Source: a virus (lineage: Duplodnaviria; Caudoviricetes). From it: a stretch of DNA of 60,958 bases. The stretch spans positions 1-60,958 of IMG/VR virus record IMGVR_UViG_3300045996_002303. One strand, 5' to 3'. The position numbers were made by a program, and so were the translations under genes. Positions 20,295 through 30,057 of the stretch are shown here, one piece after another (position 1 is the first letter of the stretch; each line of letters starts with the position of its first letter). The notes under the pieces were generated by a model that saw only the letters and a program-made list of their open reading frames with translations, was not told the DNA's origin and searched no databases.

Positions 20295-20541
20295 AAACTG
20301 TTTTTGATTTTATCCTCTTCAATAACCTCTTTGATCATAGCTCTATTCATCTCAGCCCCTTTCTTCAGTCCATCACTATACCACTGTGCTTTCAGGCATA
20401 TACACCCGCACATGATCAGGATTATTCCCAGCACCAGCCAGCCGCGACTGCAACTTATACTGAATGGGAAAGGGTAATTCGCGTGTCCGCGAGGAAGGAC
20501 AGGATGAGGGTTAAGGCGAGGGATGAGAGGTAGGTTTTCAT
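20291..20541 (-). pseudogene. Small membrane protein gene with a 1-nt frameshift near 20465
   Basis: ATG and TGA overlap both neighbours but the span is 251 nt; two hydrophobic halves lie in different frames. Confidence 0.45.
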
Positions 20542-20861
20542 TGTTTTTCGTTTGAATAATTTTCCATAATTATTTTCTTAGTCTCTAATCTATCAATCTC
20601 TGCCGCCGCCCATGCTATCTTCCACCATTCAATTTCTACGAGCGTTACGGTTTCGTCTCGGTGATAGTCCTGGCACTCTGTTTTATCAGGATAGTTGTCC
20701 ATGCCATCGATATCAAAATGCTCTTTTAGGCAATAAGTGGAATATCCTGATGGAGGATCAGTGAGTGGATGGCGCCGCCCAATATCTCTTCCGCTAATAC
20801 AGTTAGCGCACCAACTGCAAAGAGTTGGGAATCGTTTTTTATCTTTATTCTCCACTGGCAA
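20538..20861 (-). CDS. Hypothetical Cys-containing protein
   Basis: Coupled ORF. Confidence 0.5.
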   Translation of the reverse strand: MPVENKDKKRFPTLCSWCANCISGRDIGRRHPLTDPPSGYSTYCLKEHFDIDGMDNYPDKTECQDYHRDETVTLVEIEWWKIAWAAAEIDRLETKKIIMENYSNEKQ

Positions 20862-21183
20862 TACCTAACGGTGATTTGTTTGAATAAATAGCAGGCGGGC
20901 GCTCTAGCTTCTTAACATCGTCTTCTAAAAACTTCTTAGGATCATCAATGCCTTCGCCGGTTAATCTGGCAAAAAGTATTTGCGCCTTCGCTGATTCAAC
21001 GATTACCTTCCCTACATCGGAAATAGCTTTACTTCTTTCTATTTCAGTTTTCATTTGCTCTGGTGTAAGATCTTCGTTGCCTAACCTTTCAAGGGCAGCA
21101 AACATGTGATCTCTTAGATCGCTAATTTTATTTTTCATTTGATAACTGTTTAAGGCGTTTATTAATTTGGCGGTTAAGGGCAC
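20845..21183 (-). CDS. Conserved phage protein (start probably 21138, MKNKISDL)
   Basis: DLRDHMFAALERL...EIERSKAI; commonly next to HNH genes. Confidence 0.6.
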   Translation of the reverse strand: MPLTAKLINALNSYQMKNKISDLRDHMFAALERLGNEDLTPEQMKTEIERSKAISDVGKVIVESAKAQILFARLTGEGIDDPKKFLEDDVKKLERPPAIYSNKSPLGIASGE

Positions 21184-21751
21184 CTCTTAATTGGATAATT
21201 TTAAATATTTCAGGGCCAAAACGGAGGGCGCTGTTTCTTATCATTAGCTCGGCATCACTCACGATTTCCAGATTATCAAGGTTGCAATTAAATGGATTGC
21301 GATCTTTGAAAACTATTTTGTGACCGCGAGGAATGGCGCCATTATTTTGCTCCCATATATACCTTTGTAATGGCATGCGCTTGTTTACGTCTAGGTATAT
21401 AACCAATACCGCTTTACCTTCTTTCTCCCATTTTACAATGTCAAGGGGGTTATGTGTATGCCATGGCCTGTTTCCCTTTTGATACTGAGTAGCATGTAAC
21501 CGGGCCATACCCTCTTTTGTCATCCATTCCGTTTGTCTTTTCCCCTTATTGTGCGGAACGTTACCCTTTTTAAACCCCGCATCTTTATAAAACCCTCTTT
21601 TTATTTTTGCGGGCACCTGCAAGCCGAGTAATTCATATCGTTGCCTAATGGTTGGCCCCTGTCGGTCGAGCAGTCGACCTATCTCACAACTTGGTAAGCT
21701 CAAGTAGTGATCTTTAATAAATTGGTCCTCTATAGCGTTAAACCGTTTCAT
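21128..21751 (-). CDS. HNH endonuclease-like protein
   Basis: FKKGNVPHNKG repeats; WEQNNGAIPRGHKIVFKDRNPFNCNLDNL. Confidence 0.75.
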   Translation of the reverse strand: MKRFNAIEDQFIKDHYLSLPSCEIGRLLDRQGPTIRQRYELLGLQVPAKIKRGFYKDAGFKKGNVPHNKGKRQTEWMTKEGMARLHATQYQKGNRPWHTHNPLDIVKWEKEGKAVLVIYLDVNKRMPLQRYIWEQNNGAIPRGHKIVFKDRNPFNCNLDNLEIVSDAELMIRNSALRFGPEIFKIIQLRGALNRQINKRLKQLSNEK

Positions 21752-21761
21752 TGTGTGTTTT

Positions 21762-22097
21762 TTATTTTACCTCCCACTCCTTCAACACCACCTGATTCCC
21801 CTCCTGACACGCCAGATAAGCCAATCCTCCGACTTTCTTTATATCGTTGAGGAAAGTTATCTGGTCGTCTGATAAGTGGTCATTAAGCGTTTTAACCTCC
21901 GCCACAACCCACCGGCCATCTTTGGTTATGCCGATAATGTCCGGCACTCCTTTTCTGCCGATGAACTTCCTACCTTTGACGGCGAGGTTGTTATTGATCC
22001 ACACGTCATGACCGCGCCAGGTTAGTTCCTTGATCGCCGAAGCGCGGATGACAGCTTTGGTGAGTTCTTTTATGGGTGGGTTGGTTTTCATTTTCAA
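21762..22097 (-). CDS. VRR-NUC domain nuclease
   Basis: GVPDIIG...AEVKT...SDDQITFL (PD-(D/E)xK). Confidence 0.85.
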   Translation of the reverse strand: MKMKTNPPIKELTKAVIRASAIKELTWRGHDVWINNNLAVKGRKFIGRKGVPDIIGITKDGRWVVAEVKTLNDHLSDDQITFLNDIKKVGGLAYLACQEGNQVVLKEWEVK

Positions 22098-22294
22098 AAC
22101 ATAAAATATTGTTTACCATACTCCTCATCCCTCGCCTTCTTCTCCTTCCTGGCTTGTCGTTCGCAGTCCTTGCACATAGGTCGCCTGCTGTCCGGTTGAT
22201 CGCGCTGAATCGCGAAGTCGGAAAGCGGCCTGGGGAGACGGCAGCGGGTGCAGGGTTTAGAAGGGCTGGTCGTTGTCTGGTTCATTGTCGTCAT
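22094..22294 (-). CDS. Small zinc-finger protein
   Basis: CTRC...CKDC. Confidence 0.55.
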   Translation of the reverse strand: MTTMNQTTTSPSKPCTRCRLPRPLSDFAIQRDQPDSRRPMCKDCERQARKEKKARDEEYGKQYFMF

Positions 22295-24116
22295 AATTTG
22301 TATCGTCAGGTTCAGGTGGCAGTTGCCGCCAACTTCCTAAACCTAATTCTTTCGGCGGCTCCTTATCTTCATCCTGCTTAGGCGAGTGGTGAACCGTTTG
22401 TAATTCAATAAATTCGTATTTCCTCGTGTAGGTATCGAATTTGAAAACCACATATCCCTTTTGACCTAGCCAACTTTGCTTTACTTTCTGCACATACACC
22501 GTTGTAAAACCGGTTGCAACATCCAGGTAAACCGTTATGCCGTTGTGGGTCTTATTGTAGAAGTGCGCTGAACCGGAAATATTATAAAGATTCGGCACCT
22601 CAAATTTGCCCCCTTTATCTTTTCCGATCTTCGTCGTATGGGCGATTACAAATACATGCACATCTCGTTTCCTTGCCCACTTAATAATTTTCGTGTAAAC
22701 GGCGCTGACATATTCTGTACCATCCAAACCGGTATTGTTTTCAATCCAGTTCCACGGGTTCAGGCGAAGGCCACGGATACCGTACTTCAACACCAGTCGA
22801 TCTCCCAGAGCAAGAAGCGAATCTATATCGGTATCAATTTCTTCGGTTTTGTAAAAAAAGAAATGCTGATCAATTAAACCTATTGCATCCATGTATTCGG
22901 CAGGAGATAACCGGTGAAATGGATCTTTGCGGAAGTCGAACGATTTACCATGAATTTTTTCCGCCAGCTTCGTTACGGTTTGTTCCGGTTCTTCCTCAAA
23001 ATCTGCGCACCCCCATTTCCAGCCGCAGTTGATGGCTGTTCTGGCTAAGATCAAGTTTGTAAACTCATCCTTACCATGCCCCGGTATGCCGGTAATCGTA
23101 GTCACTTGCTTTGTTGCAAACGTCAACAACTTATCGAAACCTGTAATTCCGGCTTTGGCGCCTTGTGGATACCCTTTCTCATACCAGCTTTGGATAGTGT
23201 CGAACATTTCATCCATCGTTATAATTCCCTCTAAAGGCCATTCCTTTGCCTGATTGAACACTTCTACAACTTTCTCTTTCCCAAACTTTAAAAGAACTTC
23301 ATTTGCATCTTTGCACCCTTCCGGGTAAGTAACTGTGTAACACCTTTCCTTACCTAATCGCCTGGCTAGTTCTTCCCGCAATTCTAAGCCCGGTGCATCT
23401 CCGTCAGTAGCAATAATGATTTTAGTTTTGCCTTCAAAATCCTGCCAGCAATTATCCAGGTACTCCAGCTTCATGCTGCCTCTGCTGGCGCCGTTCGGAA
23501 CACTTACCGCATTGTAGATACCACATTCATGCAATGTCAGGCAGTCAATCTCGCCCTCGACGATTACAGCCTCATCCTGCCCGTTTATTGAATCAAGGTT
23601 GTAGAATATCAGTTCAGCGTCTTTTGCGAGCTTAAACGACTTCTGAGGGCCTCTGAACTTAATGTTTACCAGTTCCTCGTTTCTGAAATAGTTGAAGCAG
23701 ATTGTTACGACCTCTTTTCCGAACTGGGGCATCCACTCTTTTGCTTCCGTTATCTTCAACCGAAGGAGAGTATTGTTGGATATACCCCGATCTTGTTCGA
23801 ACCATTGTAGAGGCTTTTCACTCAACTTTTCCAGGCGCGGCACTGGTTTGACGTATTCCTTCTTCTGCCTTTCAATGTCTACAGCATAACCCCGGTAACC
23901 GCAATTGTGGCAATTGAAGGCGCCGGTGTCCTTATCCACGCTCAAAGACCTGTCTTTCTTGTGCTTCCTACTTGCGTGACATTTTGGGCAGAATGTTTTG
24001 CCACCGGTAACCTTGTTGATTTCAATTCCGTACTTTTCCCAATTCAGTTTCATCAGAATACCATCCCGTTTTGAGTTGTGCTGCCTTTGAATTCCAAATA
24101 TCTTTTCGCTCCCCAA
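22257..24116 (-). CDS. Bifunctional primase-helicase (T7 gp4/Twinkle-like; start probably 24053)
   Basis: Zn finger CPKC..CHNC, TOPRIM VEGEIDCL and DGD, SF4 helicase TGIPGHGK, VIAH, ISGSAHF. Confidence 0.9.
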   Translation of the reverse strand: MGSEKIFGIQRQHNSKRDGILMKLNWEKYGIEINKVTGGKTFCPKCHASRKHKKDRSLSVDKDTGAFNCHNCGYRGYAVDIERQKKEYVKPVPRLEKLSEKPLQWFEQDRGISNNTLLRLKITEAKEWMPQFGKEVVTICFNYFRNEELVNIKFRGPQKSFKLAKDAELIFYNLDSINGQDEAVIVEGEIDCLTLHECGIYNAVSVPNGASRGSMKLEYLDNCWQDFEGKTKIIIATDGDAPGLELREELARRLGKERCYTVTYPEGCKDANEVLLKFGKEKVVEVFNQAKEWPLEGIITMDEMFDTIQSWYEKGYPQGAKAGITGFDKLLTFATKQVTTITGIPGHGKDEFTNLILARTAINCGWKWGCADFEEEPEQTVTKLAEKIHGKSFDFRKDPFHRLSPAEYMDAIGLIDQHFFFYKTEEIDTDIDSLLALGDRLVLKYGIRGLRLNPWNWIENNTGLDGTEYVSAVYTKIIKWARKRDVHVFVIAHTTKIGKDKGGKFEVPNLYNISGSAHFYNKTHNGITVYLDVATGFTTVYVQKVKQSWLGQKGYVVFKFDTYTRKYEFIELQTVHHSPKQDEDKEPPKELGLGSWRQLPPEPDDTNYDDNEPDNDQPF

Positions 24117-24697
24117 TTGTGGAAGTAGCTACGGTACTCTGCGTCCGTAATTCCACTTTTGCCTTCCGCTAAAATGTGAAGGTCAAAGTCATCAAGCATC
24201 CGGTTTAGCTGATCCAGGGTAATGCCCCACCTCATACGAATGCTCTCAATTAGGGTAGCGCTCGTTTCAAAAAAAATCGTGCGCCTTTCTCTTTCTTCTT
24301 TTCCTTCTTCTAATTCTCTTCCTTCTTGTTTGTGGTTATCTGTTGGTTGCTTGTTGGTTATCTGTTGGTTGATTTCCTGGTTGATTGCTTGATAAGATTG
24401 CCAATTAACTATTGATATTAAGGTACTTCTGTTGGTTGCTGATATGGTTATTTCGTTGGTTGATATTAACTTGTCTATTGCTGTTCGTACTTGCTGCTCC
24501 GTTAGCCCTGTTTGCTCAGCCAAACTATGTCTACCTGTGACAACTTGACCCGCTTTAATTTTAATTCCTTTCCATGATTTTGGCTCCCGGTTAGCTGTCA
24601 ACAACAAGTGGGTGAATAGCTTATATACTGGCACATCTTTATACCAGCCCCATTCCAACATTCTCCTGTGTAATTTGATCCAGCCAGTTTCAGGCAT
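24053..24697 (-). CDS. Replication initiator (lambda O/DnaD-like replisome organiser)
   Basis: GWIKLHRRMLEWGWY N-terminus, wHTH, internal iteron repeats. Confidence 0.8.
   Translation of the reverse strand: MPETGWIKLHRRMLEWGWYKDVPVYKLFTHLLLTANREPKSWKGIKIKAGQVVTGRHSLAEQTGLTEQQVRTAIDKLISTNEITISATNRSTLISIVNWQSYQAINQEINQQITNKQPTDNHKQEGRELEEGKEERERRTIFFETSATLIESIRMRWGITLDQLNRMLDDFDLHILAEGKSGITDAEYRSYFHNWGAKRYLEFKGSTTQNGMVF
24331..24465. repeat. Iteron-like repeats (GTTGGTT core), putative replication origin
   Basis: About eight copies of (G)TTGGTT/TGGTT inside the initiator gene. Confidence 0.65.
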
Positions 24698-25115
24698 TTG
24701 GATTCGGATTTACAGTTCTTAAATATGCGATCATCGATTCATCCAAAAACGCTTTTAGCCTTTTGTGGAACTCGGGCCACTTTTCTACCAGGGTGCATAT
24801 CTGCGCTACCGGCTTGATAAATACCTGGTGGTCGCGCATCAATTCAATCAGTATCTCATTAATCTGCCCGCCGATCAGGTGTTCGGTATTGTGGCATAAC
24901 TCGCAGTAGGTCACCAAATAACAATCTTCATACTCCCACGGTTCCAGATTCGGTAGGTACTTAATATGATGCACGTGCATCGATAATCCTTCTTTCAGGC
25001 AGTCGCGATTACAGGATAGGCAGGTACATTTGTCGCGCTCAAAGATCCGCAAGCGCTTCATCTGCCAGTTGGCGTTTTTTAATTTCTCACTGTAAGTTTG
25101 GTTACTTTCCCCCAT
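24690..25115 (-). CDS. HNH endonuclease family protein
   Basis: RDKCTCLSC...HVHH...CELCHNTEH. Confidence 0.75.
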   Translation of the reverse strand: MGESNQTYSEKLKNANWQMKRLRIFERDKCTCLSCNRDCLKEGLSMHVHHIKYLPNLEPWEYEDCYLVTYCELCHNTEHLIGGQINEILIELMRDHQVFIKPVAQICTLVEKWPEFHKRLKAFLDESMIAYLRTVNPNPNA

Positions 25116-25203
25116 GTGATTCGGATTTATGGGCGCGGATTAAAAGTGGAAATCTATACCCCCCGGGAATTCAAAAGACAAAAGGGGTATTTTTTTTGTC
25201 GGA

Positions 25204-25392
25204 TTAAAAAAACACATAATTATTCAACCTCACCCACCGCTTCCTAACGGCCATATCGACACTCACGGCATCGGTCGCCTCTATGCTTTCGAGCTCCTTC
25301 ACGATTTCCAGGTAGTCACGAATCGTTGCGTCGGGGTTTTCTCTGATCAGGTCGCGGATCAGCTTATCTTTCGCCTCTAATGTCATGTGCAC
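25204..25392 (-). CDS. Hypothetical protein
   Basis: Early-operon ORF. Confidence 0.5.
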   Translation of the reverse strand: MHMTLEAKDKLIRDLIRENPDATIRDYLEIVKELESIEATDAVSVDMAVRKRWVRLNNYVFF

Positions 25393-25411
25393 GGGGTTGG
25401 GTCACGTTTAT

Positions 25412-26137
25412 TTACTTCCAGATTACTACGTAGTCAGCGCAGGATTCGAGTTCCGCCTTCAGGATTTTCTCACCTTCCAGTTCGATCAGTTCAGCAAGCT
25501 CCACGCTCTCAAACCAAAAGTTGCAGCCGCCGTCTGTCACTTCCAGGCAAATTTCAACATGGAACTTCAGCGGGCTTTGTCCCTTGAAAATGGGAATATT
25601 TAGCACGAAGTCGATGGGTAGGTTCGTTTCAACTTTCTTGTTGAATGATGATGATTTATTGCCACGGTTGTCTGAATCGGACGCCATATCAATGTATGCT
25701 TTGGCGTTGAAAGCCCGGTAAGCATTCAGCAACATGCCGTGTTTTTCACCGTCATCGAATGCCAGCCGGGAAAACTTGATCAGATCCACCAGTTCCTTTT
25801 GCTTAAAGGTCTTTTTGTCGTTTATGTGGAAGGCAACCAGGTCGGGGTTTAGTTCCATGCTGGCCTTTACAATTGCTGCATAAGGATCAGCAGGATCGAG
25901 CATGAGAATAATTGTTCTGGCTTTCTTGTCAACCTCTACAATAGCACGGGCGGGGTTGATATACTGTTTACCGCCGAGTTCATCACTGACGCCTTTGCGC
26001 CCTTTAATGAAAGATGAGACTGATTTGATGTCACCGGATAAACTGATTTTATTCGGTGCTACAGGCGGCAATGCCTGACCTTCCCGGAATATAATTTCGT
26101 TTGTATTCCCGTCTACTTTTAATGTCAGATTTTCCAT
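25412..26137 (-). CDS. Conserved phage protein (DUF2303-like)
   Basis: LPIDFVLNIPIFKG motif. Confidence 0.55.
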   Translation of the reverse strand: MENLTLKVDGNTNEIIFREGQALPPVAPNKISLSGDIKSVSSFIKGRKGVSDELGGKQYINPARAIVEVDKKARTIILMLDPADPYAAIVKASMELNPDLVAFHINDKKTFKQKELVDLIKFSRLAFDDGEKHGMLLNAYRAFNAKAYIDMASDSDNRGNKSSSFNKKVETNLPIDFVLNIPIFKGQSPLKFHVEICLEVTDGGCNFWFESVELAELIELEGEKILKAELESCADYVVIWK

Positions 26138-26188
26138 TTTAGTTATTAAAGAATGAGTAATTGAGTTTGGAGGGACGGATTAAAAAGG

Positions 26189-26614
26189 TTACTGATTTGC
26201 GGCGGGGCGATCCACCACCTGCATGCGCACCTGCCTTTCGTCTGGACGCAGACGGCGGGATGAAACAAGTTCACCGGTTTCATCGTAGGTCTCCATCATT
26301 GAATCGGCATGATTCGCCATGTGAAAGAGTTGGCCTTTTACCTCTTTCTTTTTGGTCTTTACTTCCTGCTGAAGGCTGCGGTTGATGAGCTTTATCGGCT
26401 CAATCTTATTTTTATACTCCTTCTTTTTTTCGGCCAATTCATCTTCCAGCTTACTAACTGAAATGGAATTATCAACGAATTCCTCACGCTTAGCGTCAAG
26501 TTCTTCCTGAGTAAGTTCCTTTTCGTAAGTAGTTGTTTCGATTTTGTCAGCATTGTTGCGAAGGACATTAAGCCTTTCCTCGGCCGATAGTTCTGGCATG
26601 AATACTTTAGGCAT
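26189..26614 (-). CDS. Conserved Bacteroidota phage coiled-coil protein
   Basis: Coiled coil, C-terminal GELVSSRRLRPDERQ; paired with the DUF2303-like gene. Confidence 0.6.
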   Translation of the reverse strand: MPKVFMPELSAEERLNVLRNNADKIETTTYEKELTQEELDAKREEFVDNSISVSKLEDELAEKKKEYKNKIEPIKLINRSLQQEVKTKKKEVKGQLFHMANHADSMMETYDETGELVSSRRLRPDERQVRMQVVDRPAANQ

Positions 26615-26689
26615 AGTGTTATTTTGGTTTTAAGTTTTCGTTTTATACGTATTCACAAGATTCGATATGTTGGGGCCGGGAAAGCCCGG

Positions 26690-27094
26690 TTATTGGTAAT
26701 TGGAAATTTTAGCCTCCTCCTTCAGGGCCGAGATGCAGGTACGCAATGCCTCGATGGTGTGTAACAATGTCCGGCTACAACGCTCACATACATCATAATC
26801 GTACTGCTCCTGCTCCACCTTCGCGCTGATATAGTCTTTTGCAAGCATCGGGCTGATCGTTTCGTTGTTAGCAAGGGTGCTGCCGATCAGGTTATTGTAT
26901 GCACTCACCTTCTTTTTGTTCAGCAACTTCTTTGCAACCGCCATTTGGTTATTTACGAATGCCAAGGACTTGCATAACAACCCCACCTGATCGATCAACC
27001 ATGCGATTGACTGGGAAGCCGTGTAGCCATCGGCGGCTGTCTCCAACCACTCCATACAATCTTCAACCCGTTTAATCTGTAATTCTGCTTGCAT
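26690..27094 (-). CDS. Hypothetical helical protein
   Basis: Early-operon ORF. Confidence 0.55.
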   Translation of the reverse strand: MQAELQIKRVEDCMEWLETAADGYTASQSIAWLIDQVGLLCKSLAFVNNQMAVAKKLLNKKKVSAYNNLIGSTLANNETISPMLAKDYISAKVEQEQYDYDVCERCSRTLLHTIEALRTCISALKEEAKISNYQ

Positions 27095-27453
27095 TATTCG
27101 AATATTGTTGCGTTTACCTGTTCATCATACTTTGCCACCACAACCGACACCGGCGGCGCCATTACTTTCAACCGTTGATAAAGGCTGGCAATCATCAATT
27201 CCGCATTGGCTTGGCTTTCCAGCAAAGGCCCATGCCAATAACCGCTGTCATCCATAAGAAACACCGCACCTGAGTGAACACATACACCGTAACACGAAAA
27301 CAAGCTAATGTGCGGGGATGCCTTCACTTTAATAGCGTCATTGAACATCACCTGACGGTCAGGGTAGCTATTTACTGTGTCGGTGATAAATTGGAGGTGG
27401 TTCATGATAGTATGGTTTACATATTTCAATAACCCGTTTGCATTGATCAACAT
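27094..27453 (-). CDS. Hypothetical protein (start probably ~27405)
   Basis: Early-operon ORF. Confidence 0.5.
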   Translation of the reverse strand: MLINANGLLKYVNHTIMNHLQFITDTVNSYPDRQVMFNDAIKVKASPHISLFSCYGVCVHSGAVFLMDDSGYWHGPLLESQANAELMIASLYQRLKVMAPPVSVVVAKYDEQVNATIFE

Positions 27454-27790
27454 CGAATAGACCGATGTGCGTATCTTTTACTGGTAAACCCATCTGACCC
27501 GCTAACCATTCATATGCCTTGTGCCGCGCTTTCGTCTTGCTGTAACCTTGTTTCATTTTCTTTTGCCACAGCGGATCAAAGAACTTGTGAGCGTCTTTCT
27601 TCCATTTCCTTAGCTCTCTGTTCGCCAACCTGCCGAGCGCATTGTTTGTTCCTTTGTGAACTCCTACCCAGGCGCCGCACGGCTCACACAGATATATCAT
27701 TCCGTAACTCTTTGTGTATACCCGTTTACTGTCTACGTACTGGGTAGGTCGATTGCAGTAAGGGCAGATTTTACCAGTATTGATACTCAC
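27368..27790 (-). CDS. DUF3268-like zinc-finger protein
   Basis: CPYC...CEPCGAWVGVH...LGRLAN...HIGLFD. Confidence 0.8.
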   Translation of the reverse strand: MSINTGKICPYCNRPTQYVDSKRVYTKSYGMIYLCEPCGAWVGVHKGTNNALGRLANRELRKWKKDAHKFFDPLWQKKMKQGYSKTKARHKAYEWLAGQMGLPVKDTHIGLFDVDQCKRVIEICKPYYHEPPPIYHRHSK

Positions 27791-28350
27791 TTTATTTGCA
27801 GGTTCTTTTTCTCGATTGTTGCGGCACCGGGAATCTTTAGCCCGGTTTTTAATGCCTCGCCTATTCGCTTCTTACTGACAGAGGGCTTTACATCAAAGTA
27901 TTCGATCAGCCTGGCAACTTCAGCCGGCGCCCCTTCTTTTGGCACGATTTCGATGGACACATTTTCGAGAAACTTATCTTCGAAGTCCTCTGCCAGTTCA
28001 ACTGGGTTTGATTTACGGAATGAGAGTTTAAGAATGGGGGTGTCGATCTTCTCGATACCGAACTGCCGCATGGCTTCATCGAGCCGGTTCTTGAATGTCT
28101 CAGCTCGTTTGGCAGCTTTCGCCTTAAGATCTGTTAGGCGTTTGATTTCCTTTGCCAGTACCTCCTCCACATCTTCAAACGACTTCACAACAAAACCATA
28201 ACTGACAGCTTTATCCTCAAACTCTTCTTCAGTGAGCGCCAGCGCCTGTTCCATTTCGGGAGTTAATTCACCTTCGGCTTCTTCAATCTCTTTTAACAGG
28301 CCGAGGTGTTCGGCCCGGATGTGATACATTGATTTAGTTTGCAGTTGCAT
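27787..28350 (-). CDS. Siphovirus Gp157 family protein
   Basis: EIKRL coiled coil, LSFRKS, IPGA...LQIK. Confidence 0.82.
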   Translation of the reverse strand: MQLQTKSMYHIRAEHLGLLKEIEEAEGELTPEMEQALALTEEEFEDKAVSYGFVVKSFEDVEEVLAKEIKRLTDLKAKAAKRAETFKNRLDEAMRQFGIEKIDTPILKLSFRKSNPVELAEDFEDKFLENVSIEIVPKEGAPAEVARLIEYFDVKPSVSKKRIGEALKTGLKIPGAATIEKKNLQIK

Positions 28351-28353
28351 TTG

Positions 28354-28926
28354 CTATTGTTTTGATTGTTCGATTAATTTTTGCTCAGTAGCCTTGCTTA
28401 TCCTGAAGTATTTTTTTAAAGCCGCTATGCTACTTTTACCGGCCCTCATCTTTTCCAGTGCCCCTTTAAATTGATCAGTCCCCTCATTCAGCCAAGGCAA
28501 CCCATCTTCATTGCCTTCATCTTTTTGTTTTTTCTCAGCCTTGCCGCTGGCATTATTTCCGTCATCATCTTCCTCTATGTTAAGCCCAAGTATCGCGCAG
28601 AGAGCATACCGTCGTTGATAAGTTATTGCCGATCCTATCCCTTGAGGGTCATTTTTTGATGGCTTCATAACATACTCTCCTATTATAAACTCCCCGGTTT
28701 CGCCATGCATAAGAATCGTTGTAAGCCCGCCCTCTCCGGTTGGTACTTGAGAAAATGACAAACCGCTTTCCGCCAATGGTGCTTGTATATTTTCAAGAAT
28801 ATTGGAGAGGCTGGCATATTTTGATTTAAAAAAAGGATTGTTGGCATCCTTTTTAATTATATCCACTTTCATATGGAATAATAACAAGGCTTTCGCAATA
28901 CCCTTAATTGATTCGCTCTTTTGCAT
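28354..28926 (-). CDS. ERF family single-strand annealing protein
   Basis: NPFFKSKYASL, PQGIGSAITYQRRYAL, EDDDGN. Confidence 0.9.
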   Translation of the reverse strand: MQKSESIKGIAKALLLFHMKVDIIKKDANNPFFKSKYASLSNILENIQAPLAESGLSFSQVPTGEGGLTTILMHGETGEFIIGEYVMKPSKNDPQGIGSAITYQRRYALCAILGLNIEEDDDGNNASGKAEKKQKDEGNEDGLPWLNEGTDQFKGALEKMRAGKSSIAALKKYFRISKATEQKLIEQSKQ

Positions 28927-29501
28927 TATAACTCGTTTTTATATTTCCAAATAAACCCCTTATGGCTCTTTCTTTCTCCTTTACAAACCTTACAAATATT
29001 TGCAACTTGAAATCCATTCCTTTGAGCTTCAGCAATCGAAGGCCAGAGTTTTACAAATTGCCCATCAAGCGAAAACTGGTTAACCGGTATTGATCTTGCG
29101 CTTAATTCGTTCCTTTTGCCAAGTTGTGGCTTCGTAGACTTGCGAAGATTACTGCGAAACGCATGTTTTAGGTTGTCTGACACGCTTGACCATTTAAGAT
29201 TTGCCTCGTGGTTGTTTGCCTTTACACCATCTTCATGATTAACGTGGGGTAAAGAATCAGGGTTAGGGTGAAAAGTAATGGCGATGATTCTGTTAAGGCG
29301 CTTATTTTTGAACTCCCCATTCTCCCGCATTGACACATATACATACCCATTCTTGTATGTAGTATTAGCAATTACACGCTTTGAAATTTGGTTCACAACA
29401 AATCCTCTTTCATTTGCGCCATAACCGGGAAAGCCTGGAACATCAGTCCAAAGTGTGGGGTTTAACGCGGCTCGTTGTTTGTCACATTTACGTAATTGCA
29501 T
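28926..29501 (-). CDS. HNH homing endonuclease with NUMOD1
   Basis: VNHEDGVKANNHEANLKW; HKGFIWKY. Confidence 0.85.
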   Translation of the reverse strand: MQLRKCDKQRAALNPTLWTDVPGFPGYGANERGFVVNQISKRVIANTTYKNGYVYVSMRENGEFKNKRLNRIIAITFHPNPDSLPHVNHEDGVKANNHEANLKWSSVSDNLKHAFRSNLRKSTKPQLGKRNELSARSIPVNQFSLDGQFVKLWPSIAEAQRNGFQVANICKVCKGERKSHKGFIWKYKNEL

Positions 29502-29543
29502 AACTTTACCCTCGATTATGATTTGATGATTTAGTTTTAAAAT

Positions 29544-29567
29544 GGCCGGGGCTGCGTTTCCCCGGCC
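29544..29567 (-). terminator. GC-rich hairpin, putative terminator
   Basis: GGCCGGGG/CCCCGGCC stem followed by ATTTT on the minus strand. Confidence 0.5.
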
Positions 29568-29584
29568 TGCTTCACGGTCACCTT

Positions 29585-30055
29585 CTACCCTTCAACACCG
29601 CCTTCTTCGGCAACTTCCATTGCCTGGTCTTGTGACGCGCTTTCCTGTGCGTTGGTTTGTTCAGTGGCTTGCTCTGTTGCTTCCTGTTGCCCTGCTGCTT
29701 GTTGATTCGGATCGAACATTGTATTTGTAACGCCTTCCTTTAAGGCGGGTTTAACTGACGTTGACATCTCGGGGAATGAAACATAGTGCGCTAAATGACA
29801 CAGATATTTATCTTTTACAGCATCAAACTCAGACTTATCGCAAGGGGTGTAACGGGTTGCCAATTCCTGGATGTCTTTTTCGTATGACGATGTATCCGGT
29901 GTAGTAATAAAAGACAATACTTTGGATATGTAGACCAATGTGCCGCCTGGGCTTAAATAATAAACTGTCTCCTTTAGCAGGTTTCCTCTGTAATAACCGG
30001 GTGTAACCTCTATCGTTTTCGTTTCAGTGACCTGAGTGTTTATTTGAATTTTCAT
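29585..30055 (-). CDS. Hypothetical protein with Q/E-rich tail
   Basis: Early-operon ORF. Confidence 0.5.
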   Translation of the reverse strand: MKIQINTQVTETKTIEVTPGYYRGNLLKETVYYLSPGGTLVYISKVLSFITTPDTSSYEKDIQELATRYTPCDKSEFDAVKDKYLCHLAHYVSFPEMSTSVKPALKEGVTNTMFDPNQQAAGQQEATEQATEQTNAQESASQDQAMEVAEEGGVEG

Positions 30056-30057
30056 GA

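Noticed and set aside
24331-24465. GTTGGTT repeats as a third pentamer array
   Set aside because: Spacing is about 11-12 bp inside the initiator gene, typical of iterons
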